The notes: generated from the sequence alone by a model not told the origin. Shown: positions 46,002-56,289, counted from the first letter of the stretch. The stretch: 64,000 nt of DNA from an uncultured Bacteroidota bacterium (GCA_963767125.1 CAVYDB010000020.1:80548-144547); one strand, 5' to 3'. Made by a program: numbers and translations.

Positions 46002-46433
46002 TTATCGTTCATAGTTACTCAACGCTTCATTCTCTTTCTCCCTCATCTCTTTTTTCTCGGCAGGCTTTTTGTCGCCATATCCACATAAATGAAATACGCC
46101 ATGAATGATAGTGCGTTGTAATTCCTTTTCAAAAGGTTCTTTGTAAGTAGCAGCATTCTCTTTGACCCGCTCTATACTGATAAAAATCTCTCCATCTATT
46201 TTTTCATTTTGAGAATAATCGAAAGTAATAATATCTGTATAAAAATCGTGCTTGAGAAATTGGCGGTTAATTTCCAATAGAAAATCATCAGAACAAAAAA
46301 CAAAAGAAAGATTGCCTGGAATTTTGCCTTCTTCTTTCAGGATTTTTTTAATCCAGTTCCGTATCGTATTTTCTTTTTGAAATGAGAAATCAAGGTTCCC
46401 TTCTATGCGGAATTTAATTTCAGATTTGGGCAC
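46002..46433 (-). CDS. ybeY: rRNA maturation endoribonuclease YbeY
   Basis: 143 aa (GTG start). Zinc motif HGVFHLCGYGD. Confidence 0.9.
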   Translation of the reverse strand: MPKSEIKFRIEGNLDFSFQKENTIRNWIKKILKEEGKIPGNLSFVFCSDDFLLEINRQFLKHDFYTDIITFDYSQNEKIDGEIFISIERVKENAATYKEPFEKELQRTIIHGVFHLCGYGDKKPAEKKEMREKENEALSNYER

Positions 46434-46441
46434 AACCCAAC

Positions 46442-46912
46442 TTAATTAGCAAGTAAATTGAAACTTATGGAAACACAACGTCCGTTATCGGTGAAACTGA
46501 CATCATCGGCAAGGTGTTTCATAAGAAAAATCCCTCTACCGGTAGGCTTTTCAAGATTGGCAGGGTCGGTTGGGTCGGGAAGGTTATTGAAGTCGAAACC
46601 GGACCCTTCATCTTTCACCGAAAATAAGAGGGTTTTGGGTGTAGTTTCAAATCCCACGTGCACTTTTTTGTCTGGGTTTAATTTATTTCCATGCTGAATG
46701 GCATTGTTCACGGCTTCTGTTACCGCCACAAGAATGTTTCCGTAATGGTCTTCGCTTAGTTTATAAGTAGAACAAATAGTTTCAACCAGCTTTTCAATAA
46801 TGTGAAGCCCTTCTACTGCTGATGGGAGTTCCAATTGCTGGTGATTTGCAGAGGTGCTTTTAGCAGAAGATTTTTTTGGGCTTTTTACTGTTTTCGGGGA
46901 AACATTTTTCAT
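46442..46912 (-). CDS. HATPase-type ATP-binding protein (anti-sigma regulatory factor / RsbW-like kinase)
   Basis: 156 aa. N-box VTEAVNNAIQHGN, G1 VKDEGSGFD, G2 PTGRGIFLM. Confidence 0.75.
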   Translation of the reverse strand: MKNVSPKTVKSPKKSSAKSTSANHQQLELPSAVEGLHIIEKLVETICSTYKLSEDHYGNILVAVTEAVNNAIQHGNKLNPDKKVHVGFETTPKTLLFSVKDEGSGFDFNNLPDPTDPANLEKPTGRGIFLMKHLADDVSFTDNGRCVSISFNLLAN

Positions 46913-49900
46913 TACTGGAAAGAGTTAAAATATTGATTTACTTTGTCACGGTAAAATGAATTCAAATCAGGAGGAACTGTTTTAAGCAGTTCATCTTGTT
47001 TATTTCTCTCTATATTATACTCTAAAAACGGGTTAGGGTTACCAGAAAACTGTTTTTTTGCAATATGTGATTCAAATTGAGGATCTTGCCCTTGCTTTTG
47101 CTTGGCATTTTCATATTCAAGCAAGTGTTTAATAATTTGCTGCTGCCGTTGCATAGTAGCCTCTGTTATTTGCTGGTTTACAATATCCTGCTCGTTTTGC
47201 TTCATATCTTGTTCAATACTGCCCAAATTTCCCGACCCTTTTTTATCACTTTGGTCTTCCGATTCTTGCATTTGTTCCCTAATGTATTCTTGTTCTGCAG
47301 CCATTTTAGCCAGTTCTTCGCTATTGCCACCGTTTTTACTCCCCGGTCGTTTACCTTGCTGTGCCCCTGGGTTTTTGCCGTTTTGCATAGCATTTTTCAT
47401 TTGGTCTAATTGCTTGGACAGTTGTTCCTGCATTTTTTGCAATTGAGCCATAGATGGTTTAGCTCCCATTCCTCCGGGTTTATTACAACTCCCCATTCCG
47501 GGGGAATGGTTTTTTGATTGGGCTTCGGCTTTCATAGCGTCCAGAACGTTGCTAAGCAATAAAGCCAGGTTATTTATAGAAGTCATAGAATACTGCTGCC
47601 TTGAAGCCGCCTGGGGCGCCTGCCTTTGTTCCATTTCGGTAACCGCCTGCTCCATATTCCGGTTTATTTTGCTCATTTCCTGGTTTACCATATCTTCTAT
47701 TTTCACCGATTTTTTACTAAGTGCATATAAACTATCGGCTATAGTAGATGCATTTTGCTGCAATTCTTTTTGTTTGTGGGCTACCTCTGCATATTGCAAA
47801 TTATTTTGCGCGGACGAAGTAACTTTATTCATCAAATCTTCCTGCGCAAAAGATAAGGTAACAAGGTTATTCAATATGGTACGCAGGGTAGCCTGGTCAG
47901 CCATGTTGGATTGAGATTCCATATTCATCTCCATGCTGGCAAGTTGCTGCGACATCTCTTTCATTCCCTCAGATGCGCTGTGCTGGGATTTGGATGCTTT
48001 ATTCTGGTTGTTTTTTGAAAGTTGATCGCTACTATTTTGCATATCCTTCTTAACTCCCTGTGATTGTTGTCCGGGGTTTTTATACTCCGTAGGCGATTCA
48101 AGTTCGCTGTTTTTCTTTTCTAAGTTCTCAAGGCTTTTACTTATTTGGTCAAATTTCTTATTAAGTTCTTCCTGTTTTTTTTGTTCCTCCTGTAAAGCTA
48201 CAGTTTTTGAATCCTTATTTTTTTGATCCTGACTTTGTGCCAGTGAATCTGATTTGTTTTTCTTACTATCCGGGTTTTCACCGTTTTTATTCCCATCTTT
48301 ATTTTTAGATTCTTTGCTAAGCTCATCCTGCTTTTGTGCAAGGGAATCAAGCTGCTGCTGGTTTTCTTTCAGTTGCTGTTCAAAGTCGAATCGTTTAAAT
48401 AATTCGAGCGTACGTTCCAGGTCTTTTTTAAAATCATCGTTATTGGCGGTCAGTTTTTCGAAGTTCCTGCTGTACCTGGTCTTTGTTCATTTTATCGAGC
48501 ATCTTTTGCAGGTCTTCCATCTTCTTTTTTATGCTGTCGTTTGCCAATTGGTCGAAAAGCTTTTGCAGCTCATCTTGCTTAGCCATAAGGTCAGAATCTT
48601 TCTTCTGGAAGTCCCACTGTTTCTTAGTATTTTGTTTGTTCTTCCTGGCTATCTCTTCCGCTTTTTTCTGCAAATCCAATTGCTGTTGAAGGAGGTTATC
48701 TATCTTCTTTTTGTCAGCCCAATTAAAATCCTGCTTGTTATATAAGTCTGCTTTCTCTTGCTCCATCTGGCTTTGTATCATGTAAGCCTGTTGAACAGTC
48801 TGGCTAATTTCATTTTCTGTTTTGCTGTTATTATCTTCCGTGCTTTTAACTATTTCTTCCTGGGATGGGGTTTTGAAAAACATCGGGTTGGTTCGGGTTG
48901 ATTTGGGTCCGTTTACGCCGTCATTATCCCATACCTGAAAATAATATTCCATTTGTTGACCCGGTGAAAGAGCGAGGGTATCCATATCCCAATAAAAATA
49001 AAAAGGCTGCTGAATGGCATTTCTCGCAAGGCTTATTTCTGTTTTATGGAAGGTGCCTGAATTAGCAGAAGAATCTTCGGAATTATATACCCGGTAAATA
49101 AATTCGAGGCGGGTAAAACCATAATCATCTTTAACACTGCCATTAAAATAGAGTTGTTTGGATGAAGCCGAATCTTGCTTTTGTTCCACCTGGATAGATG
49201 GGTATAAATCAGGTATCACCTGGACTACATATCTTACCGAATCGTGGTTAGTGAAATATTTATTCGATGCAGAAACAGAATAGTTCCCGCTTTGCATAAA
49301 TCTGCGTTTGAATGAATACTCATCTTTGGCAGACGGGTTCAACATCTGACCGTGTCACTGAATTTCAATTGTAAATTATCGGTGTTATTGGTGTTGAAAT
49401 TCCATTGCACTGTTGTTCCCTGTGGAACAGATAAATCACCTGTATTATGCAGCGATTCATCTTTTTTGTCAAGATAAGCAGGGTAGTGGAGGTTAATATC
49501 AAAACTTACTAATTGAGGCTCCGGCAGGGCTACTAAGTTTATATTCTTTAGAATCGTACCCTGCAGCTTTAAAGGTAAAGGTTTCATCGTGCTGCAAATT
49601 GCGGAAGGTATAATTAAAAGCTACATTGCTGCCTTTATCCATTTTAAAAGTACTTCCTTCATATTGAATAAAAACATCCTGCGGAAGCTGGTTACCATTT
49701 ATCTTTAATTTTAAGGTGAAATCTTTTTGCTGAATAGCTTTTAAATCATTGTTTTCAACTACAAACTCAAAGGGCGCTACTTTGGGGAAATAGGTATTAT
49801 ACTGGAACATTTGTTTGGTTCCCTGCCTCAATAAGGAAGGCACTATCAGCCAGGCAAGAAGAATTACAAAAAGTGGTATTGCCACATAAGGGAAGATATT

Positions 49901-50379
49901 TCCGGTTGCGTGAAATATCAATAGCGACAGGAAAGTTGATAGGTTTTATTTCTTTTATTTTTTGCTCAATTCCGGCTTCTAATAAGAGCAACGGTTCCGG
50001 CTTCAGACATTTGCTTATTAAGCTGAAGTACATTCAGCAGTTTGTCCTGCACTTCGGTGAAATGTTTGCCTATTATTTGTGCTGCATCTTCATAACTTAA
50101 TACTTCGCCGATACGATAGAGTTTGAAAAGAGGGATGGCAATAAACCTGACGAGGATAAATAAAATTCCAGCGGTAAAAGAGTAGAAAAGAACAGTGCGC
50201 AGGGGGATGCTAAAATCGCCATAATATTCCGCTATTACAATAGCAATATAGAAGGAAAGCCCCAGTGAGAGGGCATATAACACACCCCTTACAAGTTGGT
50301 TTTTGTAATACTTGCGTATAAACTCGTCTAACTTCGAAAGTAGTATGCTGTATGATGCGGTCATGCTTATAACCCCCAA
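46912..50379 (-). pseudogene. Large DUF4175-like membrane-anchored Gln/Lys-rich coiled-coil protein (~1155 codons) split into 5 frame segments
   Basis: Segments are 49966..50379 (N-terminal 2-TM region LDEFIRKYYKNQLVRGVLYALSLGLSFYIAIVIAEYYG), 49499..49921, 49339..49587, 48440..49345, and 46912..~48455 (the frame of ORF 46912..48042 stays open upstream to about 48455). One junction is a T5 run at 48454-48458 (CGAAAA[A]CTGACC on the coding strand). Confidence 0.75.
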
Positions 50380-50455
50380 ATGTATTAATTAATGGGGAGA
50401 AAGGGTATATGGCTGTGTTAAATTTTATTAACGTAACACTTTGCCAATGAGATTA

Positions 50456-50515
50456 TCATTCTGAACGAAGTGAAGAATCCCCTTAATTATTGAGATGCTT
50501 CGTTCCTCAGCATGA
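50456..50515. repeat. Intergenic pair of inverted short-repeat units (TCATTCTGAACGAAGTGAAGAATC / GAGATGCTTCGTTCCTCAGCATGA)
   Basis: Two units of the GTCATnCTGAnCGAAGnGAAGnATC class in opposite orientation, just downstream of the stop at 50531. Confidence 0.7.
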
Positions 50516-50530
50516 CAATGTTCACGGAGT

Positions 50531-51973
50531 TTATTTCTGAATTATAAACTTCCCGTTAGAAATATTATTGCCTTTCTCATCCATAATCCGGTAGAGATAA
50601 ATTCCGTTGGGTTGGGAGGATAAATCAATGGCATTGTCACCCTGAGCAGAATGAAGAGTCTCAATTAACACCTTTTGACCAAGTGCATTATAAATTTTAA
50701 GTATTGGAAGAGATTCTTCACTTCGTTCAGAATGACATGTGACAATAAATTCTCCGTCGTTTGGGTTAGGATAAATTTTCACCTGTTCGTTATCCTTTGC
50801 CAGTTTATTTGTTTCTGCGGAAATATTATCTACTTCAGTCATTTTGCCATACATTGGACTATATCCAGTACTTGAGTCGAGGTCAATTAATTTTGTAAGA
50901 ATGTGGGAAGAAGAATATTGAAAAATTGTTCCTAAATTATGTTGCCCACCTCCATAAGTCATTCCATAATAATTTCCATCACTTGCTTGCATCAAGCTAC
51001 CGGCGGGGCTTCCTCCATTACTAGTGTCATTAAAGTCTATTAAAGTCGTAAGATTACCCGATGTTGTACACATAAAAAGTATCCCATGATTTGAGCTTCC
51101 ACCATATGAAGTCATTCCATATAAATTTCCATCGGATGCTTGGATTAAAGATCCAGTTGGAAACCCTCCGTTAGTGTCATGAAAGTCAACTAATTTTGTA
51201 AAAACGCCAGACGGACTATACCTGAAAAGAGTACCCAGATTATACCTTCCACCTTCGAACGTTAGTCCATAAAAATTTCCATCATTGGCAAAGAGCAAAT
51301 CTCCATAAGGATTGGTTCCATCCATCCTGCTGAAGCTATAGACAGAGTGAAATTCACCTGAAGGTGTAAATTTAAAAATGGTTCCGGAATCATGTTCACC
51401 CCCTGTATTGGTCATACCCCAAAAAGTGCTATCCGGAGTTTGTATTAAACTTCCGTAAGGGAAAGCTCCATCAGTATCTTTGAAGTAATGTAACGCAGTA
51501 TAATACCCCGAAAGTTCAAGTTTAAATATAATCCCATAGGAGCTAGTACTTGCACCACCCTCGGTAGTCATTCCATATAAATTTCCATCCAAAGCCTGAA
51601 TAAGACTATTCCCTTCAGGGGCACAATATCCCCAAACCGTATCTAAGTTTATAATCGTAGTAATTACCCCACTTGGACTGCAGTTAAAAATTGTACAACT
51701 GTCCATATAACCGCCATATAGTGAAGAAGCATAAAAATTGCCATCGCTGGCGTATAGTAAGCTACCCTCAGGTTCCGCCGCATAAGTTGCATCGAGGTTA
51801 GCAATGATTGTAAAGTTTCCTGAGGGAGTAATTGAAAATACTGTGCCAACGTTATTTGTTCCTCCATGACTTGTCAATCCATATAAAGTAACTTGGGCTT
51901 TTGTTTGGCTTGAACACAGAAGAGATAGTACTAAAATAGCAATAGTTACAAATGAGGTAATTTTATTTTTCAT
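50531..51973 (-). CDS. GloVer (choice-of-anchor) tandem-repeat beta-propeller protein with a T9SS sorting domain
   Basis: 480 aa. Signal peptide and about 6 repeats of the form LYGxTxxGGxxxxGTxFxxxPSGxxTxLxxF....P.GSLxQASDGNxYG. C-terminal VKIYPNPNDGEFIV...ILKIYNALGQKV...IDLSSQPNGIYLYRI...KFIIQK is a T9SS CTD. Confidence 0.85.
   Translation of the reverse strand: MKNKITSFVTIAILVLSLLCSSQTKAQVTLYGLTSHGGTNNVGTVFSITPSGNFTIIANLDATYAAEPEGSLLYASDGNFYASSLYGGYMDSCTIFNCSPSGVITTIINLDTVWGYCAPEGNSLIQALDGNLYGMTTEGGASTSSYGIIFKLELSGYYTALHYFKDTDGAFPYGSLIQTPDSTFWGMTNTGGEHDSGTIFKFTPSGEFHSVYSFSRMDGTNPYGDLLFANDGNFYGLTFEGGRYNLGTLFRYSPSGVFTKLVDFHDTNGGFPTGSLIQASDGNLYGMTSYGGSSNHGILFMCTTSGNLTTLIDFNDTSNGGSPAGSLMQASDGNYYGMTYGGGQHNLGTIFQYSSSHILTKLIDLDSSTGYSPMYGKMTEVDNISAETNKLAKDNEQVKIYPNPNDGEFIVTCHSERSEESLPILKIYNALGQKVLIETLHSAQGDNAIDLSSQPNGIYLYRIMDEKGNNISNGKFIIQK
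50636..50736. repeat. Inverted short-repeat units lying in frame inside the T9SS sorting domain
   Basis: GTCACCCTGAGCAGAATGAAGAGTCTC (50636-50662) and GAGATTCTTCACTTCGTTCAGAATGAC (50710-50736). The reverse complement of the latter contains the exact 24-mer found at 50456-50479. They encode ETLHSAQGDN and TCHSERSEESLP. Confidence 0.75.
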
Positions 51974-52061
51974 AAGAATAAATTAGGTAATGACATAAAC
52001 AACAACCCTAAATTCAAATCAAAGGTAACATAAAAATTAATGGGCAAAGCAAAGACTGTTT

Positions 52062-52147
52062 TTCTCCGTGGACCTCCGTGTTATCCGTGCCTCGTGGTTG
52101 GTATTTTTCACCACAGAGGCACGAAGGACACAGATTTTCACAGAGAA
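52062..52147. repeat. ~86-nt imperfect palindromic intergenic element (CACAGAGGCACGAAGGACACAGA class)
   Basis: TTCTCCGTGGACCTCCGTG...CGTGCCTCGTGGT // ACCACAGAGGCACG...CACAGATTTTCACAGAGAA. The central 13-bp stem has one mismatch. A fragment, CTGTGAATCTGTGG, recurs at 42131-42144. Confidence 0.65.
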
Positions 52148-52156
52148 TACAACTTA

Positions 52157-52942
52157 CTATCTGTTTTTATTGAGCACCTCCAATATCCTTTGCCTTACTT
52201 GTTCTTTAAGTTTTGGCACATCATCAGAGGTCATGTTTTCAGTGGGGACGGGTTCTGTCCATACCGCTTTAAGGGTGCCGGGTTTTAGCTGCATAAACTT
52301 GTTAGGCGGTGAAAACCCTCCGGAGTTGAGAATAGTAAGTACCGCTACAGGCAATTTAGTATCAATGGCAAGGCGGAAAGCCCCGTCTTTAAAGTCAATC
52401 AGGGGTTGAGTGGTGCGGTTACGGGTACCTTCAGGGAATAATACTACTGATATTTTTTCTTTCAATAATGAATCCTGCATTTTGATATAGCTTTTTGCCC
52501 TGTCTTCTTTACTTTTTCTATCCACCGTAATGTATAATCTCTTCACTACATAACCGATTAGAGGGAGTCTTGTAACCTCAATTTTAGAAAGAAAACGAAA
52601 GGTATTGCGGCAGGCAATCGCAAATAAGGGAATATCTAACTGGGAGCGGTGATTGCAGACGAATACATACGGCTGTTCAGGCTTAATAAGTTCCATTCCT
52701 TTTATGTCTGTACGAATAAAATAGCAGGTATATAGTAACTTAGCCCAAAACCGTGAAACTTTATGCGCCCTGAAAGGAGCCTTGTCCTTAGGCACAAAAG
52801 AAAAGATAAGTACATAGATTGGAATAACTATAAAGCAGGATAATACAATGACTATAAAGGCATAAAGCCCAAATAATGTCATTAGGAACTGGATGAAGAT
52901 ATTATCTTTTTTTTGCAAAGCGCTGATATAATTGGCGTGCAA
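52157..52942 (-). CDS. plsC: 1-acyl-sn-glycerol-3-phosphate acyltransferase
   Basis: 261 aa (TTG start per track; Met at 52882 is an alternative). N-terminal TM helix, HX4D motif CNHRSQLD, and FPEGTR. Confidence 0.85.
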   Translation of the reverse strand: MHANYISALQKKDNIFIQFLMTLFGLYAFIVIVLSCFIVIPIYVLIFSFVPKDKAPFRAHKVSRFWAKLLYTCYFIRTDIKGMELIKPEQPYVFVCNHRSQLDIPLFAIACRNTFRFLSKIEVTRLPLIGYVVKRLYITVDRKSKEDRAKSYIKMQDSLLKEKISVVLFPEGTRNRTTQPLIDFKDGAFRLAIDTKLPVAVLTILNSGGFSPPNKFMQLKPGTLKAVWTEPVPTENMTSDDVPKLKEQVRQRILEVLNKNR

Positions 52943-53088
52943 AGGTAGGGGGTTTATTTAATTTATTAAAAAGCCTTCCTCGTATGCCACATATTTGCCA
53001 TGCACTTGCCAGAAAAAGTGTCCCATTTTACCCTATAATATAGCGTATAACTCATAATTTATAACCCGTTTCTTATCTCTGCTTTTCG

Positions 53089-53096
53089 TAACTTTG
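53089..53096 (+). promoter_or_regulatory. -7 box TAACTTTG
   Basis: TAnnTTTG match 20 nt upstream of the purF ATG at 53116. Confidence 0.4.
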
Positions 53097-53115
53097 CATC
53101 CCAATATAAATCACC

Positions 53116-55020
53116 ATGAGCGACGAACTCCATGAACACTGTGGTATAGCCCTTATCAGGCTCCTGAAACCCCTGAGTTTTTACAAGGAAAAGTATGGAA
53201 CCTATTATTACGGTATCCATAAACTTTACCTGCTCATGGAAAAGCAGCATAACCGTGGCCAGGATGGAGCCGGTGTTGCAGGAATTAAGTTCGATATGCC
53301 ACCCGGGAGCACCTATTATACACCGTGTTCGTTCAGCTTCCCAAAATGCGCTGGAGGAAATTTTCGGGAAGATAAACCGCCGCCTTGGCAGATGTTCAGG
53401 AAAACAAACCCCACAAAGCTGAAGATGAAGAATGGCTTAAAAAGAATGTTCCTTTTTATGTGAATTGCTTTTAGGGCATGTGCGTTATGGTACCTATGGG
53501 AAAAATGCGATGGAATATTGCCATCCTTTGATACGCCAGAATAACTGGCTCACTAAAAACTTGGTTATTGCCGGTAATTTTAACCTTACTAATGTAGATG
53601 AACTTTTCCAAAAATTGATAGACCTGGGACAGCATCCCCGCGAAAAAACAGATACCGTAACTATACTTGAAAAGATTGGGCATTTTCTTGATAAGCAGAA
53701 TGAAAAGTTGTTTGCAAAATATAAAGATGAGGGACATACCAATACTGAAATATCATCGCTGATAGCAGAACATATTGACCTGAAAGAGATACTTTACAAT
53801 GCCAGCAAACGCTGGGATGGTGGCTATACCATTGCCGGATTACTCGGTCATGGCGATTCATTTGTAATGAGAGACCCTAACGGCATACGCCCTGCATTTT
53901 ATTATCATGATGATGAAATTGTGGTGGCAACATCCGAAAGACCTGCACTGCGCACAGGATTTAATATTCAAACCGACCAGATAAAGGAATTAAAACCCGG
54001 TCATGCACTTATTGTAAGAAGAGACAAAACCGTTTCGGAAGTTGAAATTATTAAACCCGGTGAAAAAAGGTCATGTTCATTTGAACGGATTTATTTTTCA
54101 AGGGGTAACGACCAGGACATATATAAAGAACGGAAAAACCTAGGTAAGATAATTGCCCCTACAGTTTTAAAATCCATTAATTACGATTTTGAGAATACTG
54201 TTTTCTCTTTTATACCCTAATACGGCCGAAGTGGCTTTCCTGGGAATGGTAGAGGAAGTGGAACATTATCTTGACAAAGCGAAGGAAAACGAATTGGAAA
54301 AGATTGAGAAAGCCTGAATGACAAAAGCAGTTAAAGAAATTGTTGACAATGCATCCGCGGGTGGAAAAAATTGCGTTGAAAGATACTAAGCTACGCACTT
54401 TTATTACCAATGATATTAACCGTAACGATAAAGCCGCACACGTTTATGATACCACTTATGGAGTTATACGAAAGGGCATTGATACCCTTGTAACCGTTGA
54501 TGATTCCATTGTAAGGGGCACAACCTTAAAGCAAAGTATTTTCAGGATATTGGACAGGTTAGCGCCTAAAAAAATAATTGTTGTTTCTTCCGCTCCGCAA
54601 ATCCGTTACCCCGATTGTTATGGAATTGATATGGCAAAACTGGGCGACCTGGTGGCTTTCCAGGCTGCGGTGGCTCTGTTGAAAGAATCATTCAGAGAAA
54701 ACCTGTTGGATGAGATTTATGAAAAAGCAAAAGCAATGAATGAACTGCCCCGTGAAAAGGCAGTGAACCTTGTGAAGCAAATATATGACCTGTTTACACC
54801 TGAACAGATTCCCAATAAAATAACTGAATTGCTGCGCCCCGATGATATTAAAGCCGATATTGAAATTATTTACCAATCGGTGGAAGGCTTGCATGAAGCT
54901 ATACCTGACCATAAAGGAGACTGGTACTTTACCGGCAACTACCCTACCCCCGGCGGCAATAAAGTGGTAAACCGTTCCTTCATTAATTTTATGGAAGGAA
55001 AGAATGTGAGAGCGTACTAA
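53116..55020 (+). pseudogene. purF: Amidophosphoribosyltransferase (long Bacteroidota type), at least 6 indels
   Basis: MSDELHEHCGIALIRLLKPL (N-terminal nucleophile Cys). Successive frames give APIIHRVRSASQNALEEIFGKINRRL, ADVQENKPHKAEDEEWLKKNVPFY, LLLGHVRYGTYG...(53465..54220), NTAEVAFLGMVEEVEHYLDKAKENELEKIEK, and LTMHPRVEKIALKD...VDDSIVRGTTL...(54340..55020). Resolved events include an extra T at 54218 (CCC[T]AAT) and a missing G at 53460 (TAT-G[G]T-GAA). Confidence 0.85.
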
Positions 55021-55096
55021 GTTAAGAGGTAAGAACTAAGAGCTAAGAGTGAAAACAGGATTTGCTACTATTAGCTCTTAGTTCTTACCTCTTAAC
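55021..55096. terminator. Perfect 26-bp inverted repeat between convergent purF and the Smr gene
   Basis: GTTAAGAGGTAAGAACTAAGAGCTAA (55021-55046) and TTAGCTCTTAGTTCTTACCTCTTAAC (55071-55096), with a 24-nt loop. It starts immediately after the purF stop. Confidence 0.6.
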
Positions 55097-55165
55097 TTTC
55101 AAAGACTTGCCCTGATTTTATTTCTCGATATTATTCTTACTTCCGTGGCTCCTGCTCCAAACTTA

Positions 55166-55647
55166 TTAGTAAGAAGCATCGGAATACTCTATGCCTTCAT
55201 AGCTTTTTAAAAGGTCTCTTATTGTCTGCCGGAGAACGCCATTGCCCACCCCATGAATAAATACTATTTTGGTAAAGTGTCCGTTGGCTGCCATTTCCAA
55301 TTTCCTACGGAAATGCCGGGTTTGTATATCTAATTTTTCAGAGTTTGTTAGCCCGAAATAATCTTCTTTCAGCTTTTCAATATGAAGGTCAACAAGCATT
55401 TCATCTTTGGCATGGGCTTTAGATTTCTTTACACTATTTGATATTGGCTGGTGGCTATTGCTTTTATCATTGGAAACCTTAATATCCTTCAAGAGGATAT
55501 GGGGAAAACAGGCACTAAATCTTTAATGGGAACTTCAATTTCAATACCATCTGAAATTTCGACACGGGCTTTTACAGCAGAAATAAATTCTTTTAAAATT
55601 CCTTCTCCCTTTTCATTTAAAAACCGCACAGTATCACCTACTTTCAC
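55166..55647 (-). pseudogene. Smr-domain protein, one frameshift
   Basis: GTG 55645-55647: VKVGDTVRFLNEKGEGILKEFISAVKARVEISDGIEIEVPIKDLVPVFP, then a shift at the G4 run 55501-55504. It continues (ORF 55166..55492) ILLKDIKVSN...LVDLHIEKL...KIVFIHGVGNGVLRQTIRDLL, which is the Smr motif. 482 nt. Confidence 0.7.
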
Positions 55648-55651
55648 TTGT

Positions 55652-55722
55652 AGTTATAAGTTATAATTATGAGTTATGAGTGAAAATACAAATTTATAAC
55701 TTATAACTCATAACTTATAATT
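55652..55722. repeat. Hairpin made of opposed heptamer arrays (AGTTATAAGTTATAATTATGAGTTATGAGT / TTTATAACTTATAACTCATAACTTATAATT)
   Basis: Arms at 55652-55681 and 55693-55722 are register-shifted complements. The element lies between the divergent Smr and rplS starts. Confidence 0.65.
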
Positions 55723-55732
55723 CATTTTTATT

Positions 55733-55740
55733 TATATTTG
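55733..55740 (+). promoter_or_regulatory. -7 box TATATTTG for rplS
   Basis: TAnnTTTG match 25 nt upstream of the ATG at 55765. Confidence 0.45.
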
Positions 55741-55764
55741 CAGCCCTTTTAAAAAATCCTTGCC

Positions 55765-56186
55765 ATGAACCTAATCAAGTACGTTGAAGAAAAACTTACT
55801 CCTAAGAAAAAATGCCATCATTTAAAGCGGGTGATACTATTACCGTTCACTATAAAATTAAGGAGGGTGACAAAGAAAGTGTACAACAATACCAGGGTAC
55901 CGTAATTCAACGCCGTGGCGAAGGCTCTTCTGCCAGTTTCACCGTAAGGAAAATTTCCAATGGAGTAGGTGTAGAAAGAATATTCCCTTTATACTCTCCT
56001 TTCATTGAAAAAATAGAAGTGAATAAAGAAGGCGTCGTGCGCAGGGCAAGGATATATTACATCCGCCAGGCAAAAGGCAAAAAAGCCCGTATTGAAGAAA
56101 AGCAACAGGGTGAAGCTGAAATAGCTGCTAAAAATGCCAATGCAGCAAAGACTGTTGAAGCTGCTGCTCCTGCAGTAGCAGAGTAA
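55765..56186 (+). pseudogene. rplS: 50S ribosomal protein L19 with a 1-nt frameshift in an A-run after codon 16
   Basis: ATG 55765 gives [15 protein letters not shown], the conserved L19 N-helix (compare E. coli [25 protein letters not shown]). The main body [22 protein letters not shown]...[28 protein letters not shown] is ORF 55812..56186, offset by 47 nt. One extra A in AAGAAAAAATG (55804-55814) would join them. Confidence 0.85.
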
Positions 56187-56289
56187 TTTAATATTTCTAT
56201 TTTTCTACTATTATCTTATGGTAAATTTACCAATGAGTTGTCTTGGTTTTTATTATCGCTTATATAGGTGGATACTAAGTTAGAAAATA

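Noticed and set aside
47077-48745. Long + strand ORFs (47077..47409, 47102..47446, 47549..47914, 48254..48745, 48483..48689)
   Set aside because: They are antisense to the Gln/Lys/Glu-rich coiled-coil region of the DUF4175-like gene. They translate to Leu/Phe/Ser/Cys-rich low-complexity strings typical of shadow ORFs.
35255-55020. Apparent compensation: atpA, atpF, atpB, purF and the DUF4175-like gene all have total lengths divisible by 3 despite internal shifts
   Set aside because: Only 5 of about 13 broken genes do so, which is close to the one-third expected by chance. The out-of-frame segments encode the correct protein in the shifted frame, so these are independent indels, not compensated frameshifts.
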